Assembly: GCA_965222615.1 (NCBI GenBank)
Contig: CBDCUI010000009.1
Span: 32,001-96,000, forward strand
Direction: 5' to 3'
Source of the DNA: Gammaproteobacteria bacterium
GTDB taxonomy: Bacteria; Pseudomonadota; Gammaproteobacteria; UBA4575
Length of the DNA: 64,000 bases
In this document: one piece after another, positions 51,267-61,374 of the stretch
Numbering within the stretch: the first letter of the stretch is position 1
How the letters are laid out: each line of letters starts with the position of its first letter
Position numbers and translations under genes: made by a program
The notes under the pieces: generated by a model
Database searches by the model: none
What the model saw: the letters and a program-made list of their open reading frames with translations, nothing else
What the model was told of the DNA's origin: nothing

Positions 51267-51506
51267 ATGAAATGGACAAAAGTAAATAAAGATACAGCAC
51301 ACAGATACGTAGTAGATGGAGGACTTCTTTCAGAAGGGGTTTCCACTCTCAGATCATTTAAGGATAAACTTCGCGCGACTAAGTTTGCAAAGGCTCTATC
51401 CAGAGCTATCGGTGCATGTAATTTATTAGATAAAGAGAAACTAGTTCTACAACGATTCGTTAAAGGTGACTCAAAAGCGACCTTTTCCGTAATTTACGCC
51501 TCTTAA
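51267..51506 (+). CDS. Hypothetical protein
   Basis: 79 aa, AAGGAG RBS. Confidence 0.65.
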   Translation: MKWTKVNKDTAHRYVVDGGLLSEGVSTLRSFKDKLRATKFAKALSRAIGACNLLDKEKLVLQRFVKGDSKATFSVIYAS

Positions 51507-51629
51507 TCCACTGATTTTGCTAAGGGTCAAATGTCTTATTTGAGCTATTTAAAACACCCCTAGCTCTACTATTAATTATTTAAACAAACGATCTGAGAGG
51601 CTCTCACGATCTATACCCATTCAATAATC

Positions 51630-51797
51630 ATGAATAACGAACCAATAACTACTCAAGACCCCGACATCAGGGTACTGCTAGAAAACATTCAAAGGCTGAG
51701 GTCATATGTCCCAGCCAAGGATAGTCTGTGGCAACGACTTAAAACTGCCAAGAAGAAAACTAGAAACAACAAACCTATAGGAAAACAAAACCAATGA
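51630..51797 (+). CDS. Small basic hypothetical protein (55 aa), not in the ORF track
   Basis: Open frame MNNEPITTQDPDIRVLLENIQRLR...; its TGA overlaps the next ATG (ATGA). Confidence 0.4.
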   Translation: MNNEPITTQDPDIRVLLENIQRLRSYVPAKDSLWQRLKTAKKKTRNNKPIGKQNQ

Positions 51798-52003
51798 AAT
51801 TAAATGTAGAAAAAGTTACTAACTACGTAAATGAAACCTACAAGTCACATGCTAATCAATCTGAACCCGTCATTTCAGATGTTGATCAAGAAGGTAACTA
51901 CACGGTTACTGTTGATCTACTGAAAGATGGTGAAGTAGTTAACACGACAGTTAGTAAGCACTCAGTGTCACCCGCTGAAGCAAGAGCGCACAACCTCTTT
52001 TAA
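51794..52003 (+). CDS. Hypothetical protein
   Basis: 69 aa, AGGA RBS. Confidence 0.6.
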   Translation: MKLNVEKVTNYVNETYKSHANQSEPVISDVDQEGNYTVTVDLLKDGEVVNTTVSKHSVSPAEARAHNLF

Positions 52004-52094
52004 TTGAGCATCAGCCACGCCCGTCGGAGCTAGTCGATTTTCGTTAAGTGGTTACGACGAATCCGACACCTAATTCAACCAACTAAATAAACAT

Positions 52095-52796
52095 ATGACA
52101 TCAAAACATATCCCTGCCGAAGCGGCAGTAAAGATCAATGAATGCAGACCATGCGCAGTAGATTGGTGCAGCGAGTACAGAGCAAATCTATATAAGTACT
52201 GTAAAAGACATGCTTACAGAGACGCTAGATACGGCGACACTAAGTTTACACCACCTGATAAAGCACAACTGTCTCAATATCGTGAATGGTCTTCTAAAGT
52301 ACTACAGGCAAATGCAAATGTACCTCATGTAATCGGTGCGCAACAAATGCTAAGGAAGATTGTTCAACATTGTTTAACTAATAAGAATGAACATGTTAGA
52401 GCGCATGCGAATCGCCTGAACAATTCATTCGATGCATTCAAGGCTTTGCATGATGTTTTTACTATTTGGCTGTGGAGTAATGATTGTTTACACCAAGCTA
52501 TCCAATTTCAAGCTAATGAAATTAAAGTACGCGACCGATTAATAGGAAGAAAATTCCTATCGGTGACACCCCTAAATAGTGAGCTGCATAAATGCAGTAA
52601 TCCAAGTGGGCGAGTCTGCCAAATCTACGGCGAATTAATAACACAAAACTTGCTAAGGATTTTTTTAGCCCTCACTCAAATCGTTGATGAGTCAAAAAAG
52701 ATGGAGCAAGAAGCCAAAGAAGAAAGTATCGAATTGAACTATCCGCAAGAGACCTTAGAACTTGCAAACAAAATGTTAAACCAACTAAGCAACTAA
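52095..52796 (+). CDS. Hypothetical protein with N-terminal Cys/His Zn-finger-like motif
   Basis: CAVDWC...YCKRH..R..RYG. Confidence 0.65.
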   Translation: MTSKHIPAEAAVKINECRPCAVDWCSEYRANLYKYCKRHAYRDARYGDTKFTPPDKAQLSQYREWSSKVLQANANVPHVIGAQQMLRKIVQHCLTNKNEHVRAHANRLNNSFDAFKALHDVFTIWLWSNDCLHQAIQFQANEIKVRDRLIGRKFLSVTPLNSELHKCSNPSGRVCQIYGELITQNLLRIFLALTQIVDESKKMEQEAKEESIELNYPQETLELANKMLNQLSN

Positions 52797-52813
52797 CCAA
52801 AAAGGAAGTAAAA

Positions 52814-53683
52814 ATGAATGAAGAAAATAAAAGTGTAACTATTCAACACACAGATAATACTAGTAGAGGGTCAATATCCACTGAAGAAGTAACGCATGAT
52901 CAGTTACCGATGGGCAGATATCCACGACATCGCGTGTCTACTGAAGACTTCAAGCCTTATGAGGACAACCGATACGATGGCGGTCCGATAGTTAACGATT
53001 ACAGTAAATACAATACGAACCCTGCAAGTAAGACGATTCGCACCAATGAATCTGAAGTATACGGTGGTGAGGGCGAATTAAGCTTTCAAGCTATTACGGG
53101 CATGACTCGTAACTTTAGAAATGCTGAGCCGCATGACCTAGTTACCTTACCTGGTGGAATGGAACTAAAAGTTGAGCAAGCACTTGCACACGGAATGATT
53201 GTTAAGACAGATGAGGGCTATTCTTTACCTGGACAACCAGCACAACAACAACCTCAACCAGCTCAAAAGGTGAATGAGCAACAGTTTATTGAATTGAGTC
53301 CTGACGAAGATCACTCGCTTGCAAATGAGACCATGCAAGAACAAACCGAAGCTATGAGAGAGCATCTCGGTGATGATAAATATGAGCGTTATGCTGAACT
53401 AGTTGCTACTCACGATAATCTCGATGATGTAATTGACGCGCTCGGTGATGAGCTTCAGGGCAATTACGATTACGCAGAGACCGTTACAAATGCGCTAATT
53501 AAGAATGTGGTCAATGAAGGACTTACTTATGCTCAGGCAAGGGGAGCCGACCGAGAAGGCTTCAAGGCATATCTATTCAACCATCCGAACCAAGTTGCAG
53601 TTAAGAAAGCAATTACTAAGCTATTCAAAAGTCACAATCCTGCGCACTTGAACGAGTTCATTAATAGCTACGTAGCTAAGTAA
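52814..53683 (+). CDS. Acidic hypothetical protein (possible scaffolding-like)
   Basis: 289 aa, AAGGA RBS, Q/P linker, acidic helical C-terminus. Confidence 0.6.
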   Translation: MNEENKSVTIQHTDNTSRGSISTEEVTHDQLPMGRYPRHRVSTEDFKPYEDNRYDGGPIVNDYSKYNTNPASKTIRTNESEVYGGEGELSFQAITGMTRNFRNAEPHDLVTLPGGMELKVEQALAHGMIVKTDEGYSLPGQPAQQQPQPAQKVNEQQFIELSPDEDHSLANETMQEQTEAMREHLGDDKYERYAELVATHDNLDDVIDALGDELQGNYDYAETVTNALIKNVVNEGLTYAQARGADREGFKAYLFNHPNQVAVKKAITKLFKSHNPAHLNEFINSYVAK

Positions 53684-53756
53684 AGATCCATCAGTTTGCC
53701 GGAGCTGTAAATCCGGCATTTCTTTACATTCATTTCATTAACTAAAGGAGTAAACA

Positions 53757-54086
53757 ATTAGTGATGAAACTTTATCCCTTAGCGAAGCTGCACATCTATT
53801 AAAGATGTCACCTGAAGCGTTACGGCGCAAAGCTAAGGCCTGTGATATTCCTGGCGCAAAACCTGCCAAGGAATGGGTATTTATTAAGGAAGATTTACTC
53901 GCTTACATCCGCTCATGTTATGCTAAACCTGTAACTGTGTGGAGTGAGCGATCAACTGAAAAGGAGATCAATCAATGCCATACAAACGAAAAGACAATGG
54001 AGTCTATTACTCCAATTTTGAATCCAGAAGTGGAGAGCGGGTACGAAAGAGCCTTAGGACGCGTGATAGAAATGAGGCCATCATAA
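53757..54086 (+). CDS. Excisionase-like HTH protein (HTH_17), apparent ATT start
   Basis: ETLSLSEAAHLLKMSPEALRRKAKACDIPGAKPAKEWVF; AAGGAG 6 nt before ATT; in-frame TAA at 53751. Confidence 0.8.
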   Translation: MSDETLSLSEAAHLLKMSPEALRRKAKACDIPGAKPAKEWVFIKEDLLAYIRSCYAKPVTVWSERSTEKEINQCHTNEKTMESITPILNPEVESGYERALGRVIEMRPS

Positions 54087-55036
54087 AAGAGGCTGAATTG
54101 ATTGCGGCAGATAAGGGTGAAGTCGTACAGATTAACAATAACCGGAAAACTTGGCGTGATGCTGTTTACCGATACTGGAATGAAGTGGAAGGTAAAGCTA
54201 GCGCTGATTGTATTCAAATACATTTAAGGTTCTTGGATACATTCTTAGGAGATAAGTATCTCGATGAGATCAATGATGAACTTATCGAAGATATTATTGC
54301 TGCTAAAAGTAGTGAGAAAAACCGTAAAGGTGAGAAGCTATCCGGTGCTACAGTTAATCGATTAACGGCGACGTTAAAGTCGGTGTTCAATAGTGCAAAG
54401 AAATACAGATGGATCGACAACGTTCCGTATGTAAGAAAGTTAGAAGAGTCAGAGGGTAGGAGTAGGTATCTCACACCATCTGAATCTAAACGATTACTTG
54501 ATCATTGTGCTGAACACTTAAAACCGATAGTGACATTTGCTTTGCATACAGGCTTGAGAAAGCAGAATGTATTAAGGCTTAGATGGGAGAATGTAGACCT
54601 CGATCAAGGTAAGTGCTGGGTGCTTAGCTCAGAGCATAAAAACCGAAAGGCGAGGGGTGTTACTCTCAATAGTGTTGCTTTAGGGGTGCTACGAGAATTA
54701 GCTATATATAAGGTGTCGCCCTATGTATTTAACTATAGGGGGCGGCCTATTGGAGATGTGAAGACGGGACTTAAGCGAGCCTGTGAACGGGCTGGCTTAA
54801 AGGACATATCCTTCCACACATTTCGACATACTTATGCTTCTTTACTAGCACAGCAAAACGTTTCGACCCTAGTTTTAAAGGAGCTAGGTGGATGGAAGTC
54901 AATGCAAATGGCTCAAAGATACGCTCATCTTAATGATGACGGACTGCGAGAATACCAAGAATTGCTTGTAGGTTTGTCACAGTACTGTGACAAAAATCCA
55001 CCGCCCAAGTTAAGGCTAGTAAGTGGAAAATCGTAA
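53975..55036 (+). CDS. Tyrosine recombinase/integrase
   Basis: HTGLRKQN, FHTFRHTYAS, LGGWKSMQMAQRYAH; adjacent to the att site. Confidence 0.95.
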   Translation: MPYKRKDNGVYYSNFESRSGERVRKSLRTRDRNEAIIKEAELIAADKGEVVQINNNRKTWRDAVYRYWNEVEGKASADCIQIHLRFLDTFLGDKYLDEINDELIEDIIAAKSSEKNRKGEKLSGATVNRLTATLKSVFNSAKKYRWIDNVPYVRKLEESEGRSRYLTPSESKRLLDHCAEHLKPIVTFALHTGLRKQNVLRLRWENVDLDQGKCWVLSSEHKNRKARGVTLNSVALGVLRELAIYKVSPYVFNYRGRPIGDVKTGLKRACERAGLKDISFHTFRHTYASLLAQQNVSTLVLKELGGWKSMQMAQRYAHLNDDGLREYQELLVGLSQYCDKNPPPKLRLVSGKS

Positions 55037-55067
55037 GTGATTGAGTTAAATTAGGAAATTCGGTTAT

Positions 55068-55143
55068 GCGGGAATAGCTCAGTTGGTAGAGCGCAACCTT
55101 GCCAAGGTTGAGGTCGCGAGTTCGAACCTCGTTTCCCGCTCCA
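55068..55143 (+). tRNA. tRNA-Gly(GCC), reconstituted at the right att site
   Basis: 76 nt, GCGGGAA/TTCCCGC acceptor stem, anticodon loop TTGCCAA, GTTCGAAC, CCA. Confidence 0.97.
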
Positions 55144-55429
55144 TAACTATTATCTAAGTTTGGTGGTCTACAACTACTTTCTAAAGTTACCCCTTAATCA
55201 CTCAGCAAGCTTCCTATTTCAAGACTAAAAAGAAAAATTCTCTAAGGGGGAGGGCATAAATGAGCTGCCCACACACACAAAAGAGCAAAGTACTATTAGA
55301 TAAAATACTTAATAAATCAGCTGAAGTATGAATCTAGAGTTTAAAGTAGTAAAATACATAGTTGTGTACCGTATTTAATTGCTTTGCTTTATATATGGTT
55401 TGTTTTTATTATTTATTATATGTGTAAAT

Positions 55430-56239
55430 TTATTTTCTTCTTATATTAGGTTTGATCCCAATAATGGATTCTCTTATCTGTATCCATATTTGAAGTATTG
55501 TCTTTTTTAAAAGATCACCGTCGGGTACAAGGAACTTAATAATGAGCCCACATTCATTGGGTAACAATGTAGCGCCTCCGTAAATATTGTCATAATTTTG
55601 CATATTAGTTTGTAAAGTTTCTAGTAAAGAATTATTCATATTTGAGCGGTTAATAACTGAAACTGTACCCATACCAATATATCTTTGTTTGCTATTTAAA
55701 AAGTTTTTTTGGTTCATTAGATAGGCATCTTTAGCTAGAAGCTCATTTTTTTCTGTATAAATTTGTAAATAGCTATTTAGTTGACTAAAAAGCTGGTTGT
55801 TGCCATTGAGAAAATGCAATAAGAAAGCATCCACAATGACAACGGTACTTGTTTCATCAACATATGCATTAATTGTCGAGTAAAGCTTAGATGCCGGAAA
55901 AAGTATTAGTGGATCCGATATGTATTCCGTATAGGCATGTTCATTAGCGTTTATATTAATAACTTGTTGCGCATTTTTATTTGTCATGCCATGTACAATA
56001 GTGGAAGCCTGTGTTGTGATATGACTAAATGATTCTGCATTAGCAGTTACATTGGTAGTAAGCGTTTCATTTTCGTATATTCCACCCGATGCAGATTGAA
56101 TATAGATATTGGCCATACCGTAAGGGTCATTCTCATAATATTGAGTCCGACAAATATGAAAAGGGTAGGATGCATACTGATTCTTAAGGTATGTTTTTCC
56201 ATCTTCGTTTTTAGTAAATTCCAGAGATAATTCACTCAT
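55430..56239 (-). CDS. ureD: Urease accessory protein UreD
   Basis: QYASYPFHI, SASGGIYENE, ITTQASTIVH, DPLILF; cluster context. Confidence 0.85.
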   Translation of the reverse strand: MSELSLEFTKNEDGKTYLKNQYASYPFHICRTQYYENDPYGMANIYIQSASGGIYENETLTTNVTANAESFSHITTQASTIVHGMTNKNAQQVININANEHAYTEYISDPLILFPASKLYSTINAYVDETSTVVIVDAFLLHFLNGNNQLFSQLNSYLQIYTEKNELLAKDAYLMNQKNFLNSKQRYIGMGTVSVINRSNMNNSLLETLQTNMQNYDNIYGGATLLPNECGLIIKFLVPDGDLLKKTILQIWIQIRESIIGIKPNIRRK

Positions 56240-56262
56240 TAACTTATTTTTATCGTTTTGAG

Positions 56263-56874
56263 TTAATTGAATAACACATTATTGACTATATGATTAACAA
56301 CTTCTTCTATACCTTCTCCAGTTTTGCAGTTAGTGAGTACAAGGGGTTTACCATCCCTAACTTCTTGGCTTTCTTTCACCATTAAGTCAACATCGGCGCC
56401 TACATAGGGGGCCAGATCAACTTTATTGATCACCAATAGATCGGATTGCACAACTCCTGGTCCGCGTTTTCTAGGAATATCGTCGCCTTCGGAGGTATCG
56501 ATGACGAACATCCAATAATCGACAAGGTCTAGAGAAAAGGTGGATGCAAGATTATCGCCACCACTTTCAATCAATATGATGTCCAAATTTTGGAATTCAT
56601 TATCCAAGCGATCTGCAGCTTGTATATTTAAGGTGGGATCTTCGCGAATAACGGTATGTGGACAAGCACCGGCTTCCACTGCAATAACACGTTCAGGTGC
56701 AAGCAAACCCGATTGCTGTAGACGTTTAGCATCTTCTCGCGTAACTAAATCATTCGTTACAATTGCAATTTCATTTCCTCTATTAATAAAAAAGGGAATT
56801 AATTGCTCAATCAGTGCAGTTTTCCCTGAACCAACAGGACCACCGATACCGACTCGTGCAGGACCATTTGACAT
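56263..56874 (-). CDS. ureG: Urease accessory GTPase UreG
   Basis: [24 protein letters not shown]. Confidence 0.95.
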   Translation of the reverse strand: MSNGPARVGIGGPVGSGKTALIEQLIPFFINRGNEIAIVTNDLVTREDAKRLQQSGLLAPERVIAVEAGACPHTVIREDPTLNIQAADRLDNEFQNLDIILIESGGDNLASTFSLDLVDYWMFVIDTSEGDDIPRKRGPGVVQSDLLVINKVDLAPYVGADVDLMVKESQEVRDGKPLVLTNCKTGEGIEEVVNHIVNNVLFN

Positions 56875-56882
56875 GTGTGTAG

Positions 56883-58595
56883 CTACCGAAGCATATATCG
56901 CTGAGTTAGTGGTAATGTTTTAGCGGGCTCGCAAGTAGCAAGCTCATCATCCACATAGACATCAAAGGTTTCAGGATTGACAGTAACTTTTGGACAACTA
57001 TCGTTATGTAACATGTGACTTTTGTTCAATTTGCGCGTGCCTTGTGCAGGCAAATTGGTTTTTTGAAGCTGCAATTTATCACCAATATTATCATCAACTG
57101 CAGATTGGTTGACAAAATTTACACTTAGATGTTGCTTAGCATTACCAAATGCACCCCATTGTGGTCGCATCGCTAAAGGTTCACAAGTCATTAACGATGC
57201 AGCACTGTCGCCCATTGCCGACCAAACAATAAATCCACCTTTAACGACTAGTTCAGGTTTAATTCCAAAAAATGCAGGTTTCCACAAGACTACATCACCC
57301 ATTTTTCCCTTTTCCAGAGAACCGATGTACTGATCAATACCAAAAGTACGTGCAGCATTAATTGTATATTTTGCAATAAAACGTTTTATTCTTTCATTAT
57401 CACCACCTTTAGTAGTTTCTTCTGCAAGGCGCCCGCGTTGGTCTTTCATCTTGCTAGCAAGTTGCCAAGTTCGACAAATGACTTCATTAATGCGACCCAT
57501 ACCTTGACTGTCTGAACCCAACATAGAAATTGCACCAAGATCATGTAATACATCTTCTGCGGCAATGGTCTGTGCACGAATACGACTCTCGGCAAATGCT
57601 ACGTCTTCCGGTATGGCGGGGTTTAAATGATGACAAACCATTGTCATATCTAAATGCTCATCAAAGGTATTAACGGTATATGGATTTGTCGGGTTGGTAG
57701 AGGAGGGCAGACAGTTATATTCACCAGCAACCCGGATAATATCGGGAGCATGACCTCCACCTGCACCTTCGGTGTGATACATATGAATTGTACGACCATT
57801 GATTGCCGCTAAGGTGTTTTCGACAAAACCACTCTCGTTGAGTGTGTCTGTATGCAATTGGACCTGGAAATCTAAATCATCAGCAACGGCAAGGCAGGTG
57901 TCAATTACTGCAGGCATCGCGCCCCAATCTTCATGAATTTTTAGTCCTAAACAGCCCCCCGCCATTTGGTCGATTAAAGATCTAGGTTTAGATGAATTAC
58001 CACGCCCCAAAAAACCAAAGTTTAGCGGCCATTGTTCCGATGCTTGTAACATCTTGCCAACATTCCACGCACCGCCACAATCGATACCTACTGTAATTGG
58101 TCCAAGTGAGCCTCCAATCATAGTAGTAATACCAGAACTTATTGCATGTTCACAGAGTTGTGCACTGTCAAAATGTACATGTACATCTATTCCCCCAGGG
58201 GTTGCAATAAGTCCTTCTGCATCACGCACAGTAGTTGCTGCTGCACAAACAAGATCAGGGTCAACATTGTCCATAGTGGCGGGATTACCCGCTTTGCCTA
58301 CACCGGCAATTTTTCCTTGTTTAATTCCGATATCGGCTTTAACGATTCCCAATACAGGATCGATAACCAGTGCATTGCTAATTAACATGTCTAACGACCC
58401 TGCAGCACTATCATAGCCAGGGGTTAACCCCAAGCCATCACGTAATGTTTTACCTCCTCCATGTAAACACTCATCACCATGTACAGCATAATCGTGTTCC
58501 ACTTCTGCTAATAAAGATGTATCACCAAGGCGTACCGCATCTCCAGTAGTGGGGCCGTACATCACTGCGTATTCTTTTCTTGAAATTTTGATCAT
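56883..58595 (-). CDS. ureC: Urease alpha subunit (divergent)
   Basis: [50 protein letters not shown]. Confidence 0.93.
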   Translation of the reverse strand: MIKISRKEYAVMYGPTTGDAVRLGDTSLLAEVEHDYAVHGDECLHGGGKTLRDGLGLTPGYDSAAGSLDMLISNALVIDPVLGIVKADIGIKQGKIAGVGKAGNPATMDNVDPDLVCAAATTVRDAEGLIATPGGIDVHVHFDSAQLCEHAISSGITTMIGGSLGPITVGIDCGGAWNVGKMLQASEQWPLNFGFLGRGNSSKPRSLIDQMAGGCLGLKIHEDWGAMPAVIDTCLAVADDLDFQVQLHTDTLNESGFVENTLAAINGRTIHMYHTEGAGGGHAPDIIRVAGEYNCLPSSTNPTNPYTVNTFDEHLDMTMVCHHLNPAIPEDVAFAESRIRAQTIAAEDVLHDLGAISMLGSDSQGMGRINEVICRTWQLASKMKDQRGRLAEETTKGGDNERIKRFIAKYTINAARTFGIDQYIGSLEKGKMGDVVLWKPAFFGIKPELVVKGGFIVWSAMGDSAASLMTCEPLAMRPQWGAFGNAKQHLSVNFVNQSAVDDNIGDKLQLQKTNLPAQGTRKLNKSHMLHNDSCPKVTVNPETFDVYVDDELATCEPAKTLPLTQRYMLR

Positions 58596-58597
58596 TG

Positions 58598-59299
58598 TTA
58601 TACTCCTTTATACCCGCGGATTTTTGCTTGATATAGAGCTTCTTGTTTTTTAACTTCATTAGAAGTCGATCCATTCGTTAAGCTATTTAAACCATGCACT
58701 TCTCCTGCACCACCGAACGGGACTAATTTTACTTCTTTGCTTTCACCTGGTTCAAAACGTACTGCGGTGCCTGCAGGAATATCTAAATGTTTTCCAAATG
58801 CATTTTCGCGTTTGAAATCTAGAGCAGGGTTAACCTCAAAGAAATGAAAGTGGCTGCCAATTTGTACAGGTCGATCTCCAGTATTTAACACTTTAATCTT
58901 CGTAGAAGATTTATTTTCGTTAATTTTCACATCACCGCTACCAGGAATTATTTCACCGGGTGTGACATCATCTTTACTTTTAGACTTTTTCTTGCCTGAA
59001 CGGATTGGTTCGTGAACGGTTACAAGTTTTGTTCCATCAGGAAATGTTGCTTCTACTTGTAGCATATGCATCATTTCTTCTACACCAGTCATTACATCAT
59101 CAGTACTTAATAGGGTAGAGCCATGACTAATCAGCTCTGCTACAGTGCGTCCTTCTCTAGCACCTTCTAATATTTCATCTGCAATAATTGCAGTTGCTTC
59201 AGGATGGTTTAATTTTAATCCTTTTTTTTGTCTTTTTCGTGCCAGCTCGGCTGCTGTATATATAGTTAGTCGTTCTAATTCGGTTGGTGTTAAAAGCAT
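58598..59299 (-). CDS. ureAB: Fused urease gamma/beta subunit
   Basis: [21 protein letters not shown] (gamma) plus [28 protein letters not shown] (beta). Confidence 0.93.
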   Translation of the reverse strand: MLLTPTELERLTIYTAAELARKRQKKGLKLNHPEATAIIADEILEGAREGRTVAELISHGSTLLSTDDVMTGVEEMMHMLQVEATFPDGTKLVTVHEPIRSGKKKSKSKDDVTPGEIIPGSGDVKINENKSSTKIKVLNTGDRPVQIGSHFHFFEVNPALDFKRENAFGKHLDIPAGTAVRFEPGESKEVKLVPFGGAGEVHGLNSLTNGSTSNEVKKQEALYQAKIRGYKGV

Positions 59300-59332
59300 T
59301 GTTCTCCTCCAAATTTTAGAATAATTATTTAT

Positions 59333-60013
59333 TTAGTTCACAAACAGCCTTGCGTCAGCATTTTCATGACGCATAGAAGCGATATCTGCCAAAGGAGTAA
59401 AAGCATTAATTTCTTCAATTTCAGGAATTGGCCAAGCCGAAGCCTCAGTAATTAAGTTACAAATTCTTGATAAGCTTTTTTGGCATTCAATGTGTCCAAT
59501 AAGCCCAAGCCGTAATGCGGCTCCAAATACAGAGACGCAAAAATTATATGCGGATAAAAGTAATACAAAGTTTTTAGGCAGGCCTATCGAATTCCATATC
59601 AACCCTTGTGATATAGGCAAATGCCCATAGGCTTTGTTGCTTTTAATTAAAGATTGGTAATATTGTGCTTCTGGAATGTTTAATTTGTTATAAGTGGTTA
59701 ATAAAGCCGCGCCTAATCTTTTTGAACCATTTCTTAGTTCGCTAGCTAATGTCATGCATTCAACTAAATGATCTATATAAATTATTTTTTCTATATCATT
59801 TACATTGTCATAAGTATGAGCCAAAACGACCCGTTCGAATGGGCTCCATCTTTCAATAAGTTGGTTTTTGACAAAATCTTTCACATCTTTTGTAGAAGTG
59901 ATGATATTGTCATCCTTTAACATTTCTAAACCCCAAGAAAATGACACGGCACCAGACGGGAAAAAACTATCACCGTGTTGCAAGAGAGTAAGAATTTGTT
60001 TTTCTTTAGTCAT
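59333..60013 (-). CDS. ureF: Urease accessory protein UreF
   Basis: DSFFPSGAVSFSWGLE, AALRL, HENADARLFVN. Confidence 0.9.
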   Translation of the reverse strand: MTKEKQILTLLQHGDSFFPSGAVSFSWGLEMLKDDNIITSTKDVKDFVKNQLIERWSPFERVVLAHTYDNVNDIEKIIYIDHLVECMTLASELRNGSKRLGAALLTTYNKLNIPEAQYYQSLIKSNKAYGHLPISQGLIWNSIGLPKNFVLLLSAYNFCVSVFGAALRLGLIGHIECQKSLSRICNLITEASAWPIPEIEEINAFTPLADIASMRHENADARLFVN

Positions 60014-60455
60014 TATTAATTTGTTTTACTTTTTTTTGTGTAAAGAAGTCTTGTAGGCGTTCTAGGTAGATTTTTTTTGGATTTTCAAGAGCGATATCTA
60101 AGCGGTCTTTTGCAAATTTCACGCGCCAATGCATGTTGCCAGCAAAATATCCTAGTTCAATAGCTGCTGAAACATCTGTAGGTTGAAGTGAAAGCCATCG
60201 ATCTTCGGATGTTTTAACTACGATAGCTCGATCTTTTTCAAGCAATAAAACTGCACCATTTGATAATTTATTGTCACGCGAAATAGAAACAGCACAGTCA
60301 GTGCCTTTATCAGTTTGAGCTCGAAATCGCCTGCGTTGTAAATTTGCGTGATCTAGAACAATATATTCAACTTTATTTTGGTGTGACAAATCGTGCAGTA
60401 TATTCGACAGTTTCGAATCATGTGAATAACCAACTACGTTTTGTATCTGTATCAT
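60006..60455 (-). CDS. ureE: Urease accessory protein UreE
   Basis: RRRFRAQTDKG, LGYFAGNMHW; no His-rich tail. Confidence 0.85.
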   Translation of the reverse strand: MIQIQNVVGYSHDSKLSNILHDLSHQNKVEYIVLDHANLQRRRFRAQTDKGTDCAVSISRDNKLSNGAVLLLEKDRAIVVKTSEDRWLSLQPTDVSAAIELGYFAGNMHWRVKFAKDRLDIALENPKKIYLERLQDFFTQKKVKQINND

Positions 60456-60509
60456 TAGGAATTATTATTTACATCAATATTCAACCAAATATTTTTTATT
60501 CCTCAAAAT

Positions 60510-60581
60510 AAAAAAGGCCCACCCGCACAAGTAATTTTGTGCTGGTAGGCCCCTTTGCCTGGTCCGTGCAATTTACACGGT
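60510..60581 (-). promoter_or_regulatory. ANTAR-type leader: dual hairpins overlapping an intrinsic terminator
   Basis: Minus strand: CCGTG-TAAATTG-CACGG, AGGC-AAAGGG-GCCT, then GGCCTACC..GCACAA/TTGTGC..GGTGGGCC-TTTTTT. Confidence 0.8.
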
Positions 60582-60756
60582 TAATCTGTAATTAAATGTC
60601 TAGATATATGTTTACTATAAACTTAAAGTTCTTTATATAGTCATAGCTATTTCTAATTCTGACTGTAAATATACGCTAGGTCAAGTTTACTGTGTTTTGT
60701 TTATTAACGTTTAGATTTCAATATGCCCTTCCTTATCTAGTTTTATTCTATGCGGC

Positions 60757-61374
60757 TCATATAACTTCATTCGCATGGATTATAGCCTCAGCGACATTTT
60801 GGATAGTGGTATGTTTTTGCATAGCATGTTTTCTAATAATCCGATAAGCCTCAGCTTCATTAACAGAGCGCTTGGTCATAATAATTTCTTTGGCTTTCAC
60901 TAGGGTATTAAGATTTTTTATTCGTTGTTCAAGTTTATTATTATGTTCACGAGCCTGCTGGTGTCTATTGTAGCTTCTTTGTGCAATGATAAGGCTAGAT
61001 AAAATACCAAAATTTCGAAACGGTAAACCAATAACCGCGTCGGCATTCAGTCTTAATGATGCTTCAATCGATACAGGATTTTCATAATCAAGGACCACAA
61101 CCAATGCGGCGGGTGGGTTTTTGACATCCCAATTAAATGCAACTTCTGTTTCAACAATAGGCCGCAGAGCTACCATAACGACGTCAATATCTGATGTAAT
61201 ATTTTTAGGTGGAGGCCAAGAACTAGTAATCCGGCAACCTATTCTTTCTAAGTGTTTATATAGATTTTTACTATCTCTACTACGAGGTTGAATTAGTAAT
61301 AGACGAGTGGTGCGTATATTACGGATCAGCTCAGAAACTGATCCTTTTGTATTTCTATCCCAACCACGACTCAT
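60757..61374 (-). CDS. AmiR-like ANTAR antitermination regulator
   Basis: Pseudo-receiver N-terminus; KAKEIIM...EAEAYRIIRKHAM...VAEAII ANTAR motif. Confidence 0.88.
   Translation of the reverse strand: MSRGWDRNTKGSVSELIRNIRTTRLLLIQPRSRDSKNLYKHLERIGCRITSSWPPPKNITSDIDVVMVALRPIVETEVAFNWDVKNPPAALVVVLDYENPVSIEASLRLNADAVIGLPFRNFGILSSLIIAQRSYNRHQQAREHNNKLEQRIKNLNTLVKAKEIIMTKRSVNEAEAYRIIRKHAMQKHTTIQNVAEAIIHANEVI

Larger units (their letters stand above)
39432..55105. mobile_element. 15.6-kb integrative element (candidate phage satellite) in tRNA-Gly(GCC)
   Basis: Bounded by 38-bp direct repeats; integrase and excisionase at the right end; helicase, TerS-like and defence genes; no recognisable capsid, tail or conjugation genes. 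Confidence 0.9.

Noticed and set aside
39470-55067. Complete prophage or ICE
   Set aside because: No recognisable capsid, portal, large terminase, tail, lysis, relaxase or T4SS genes
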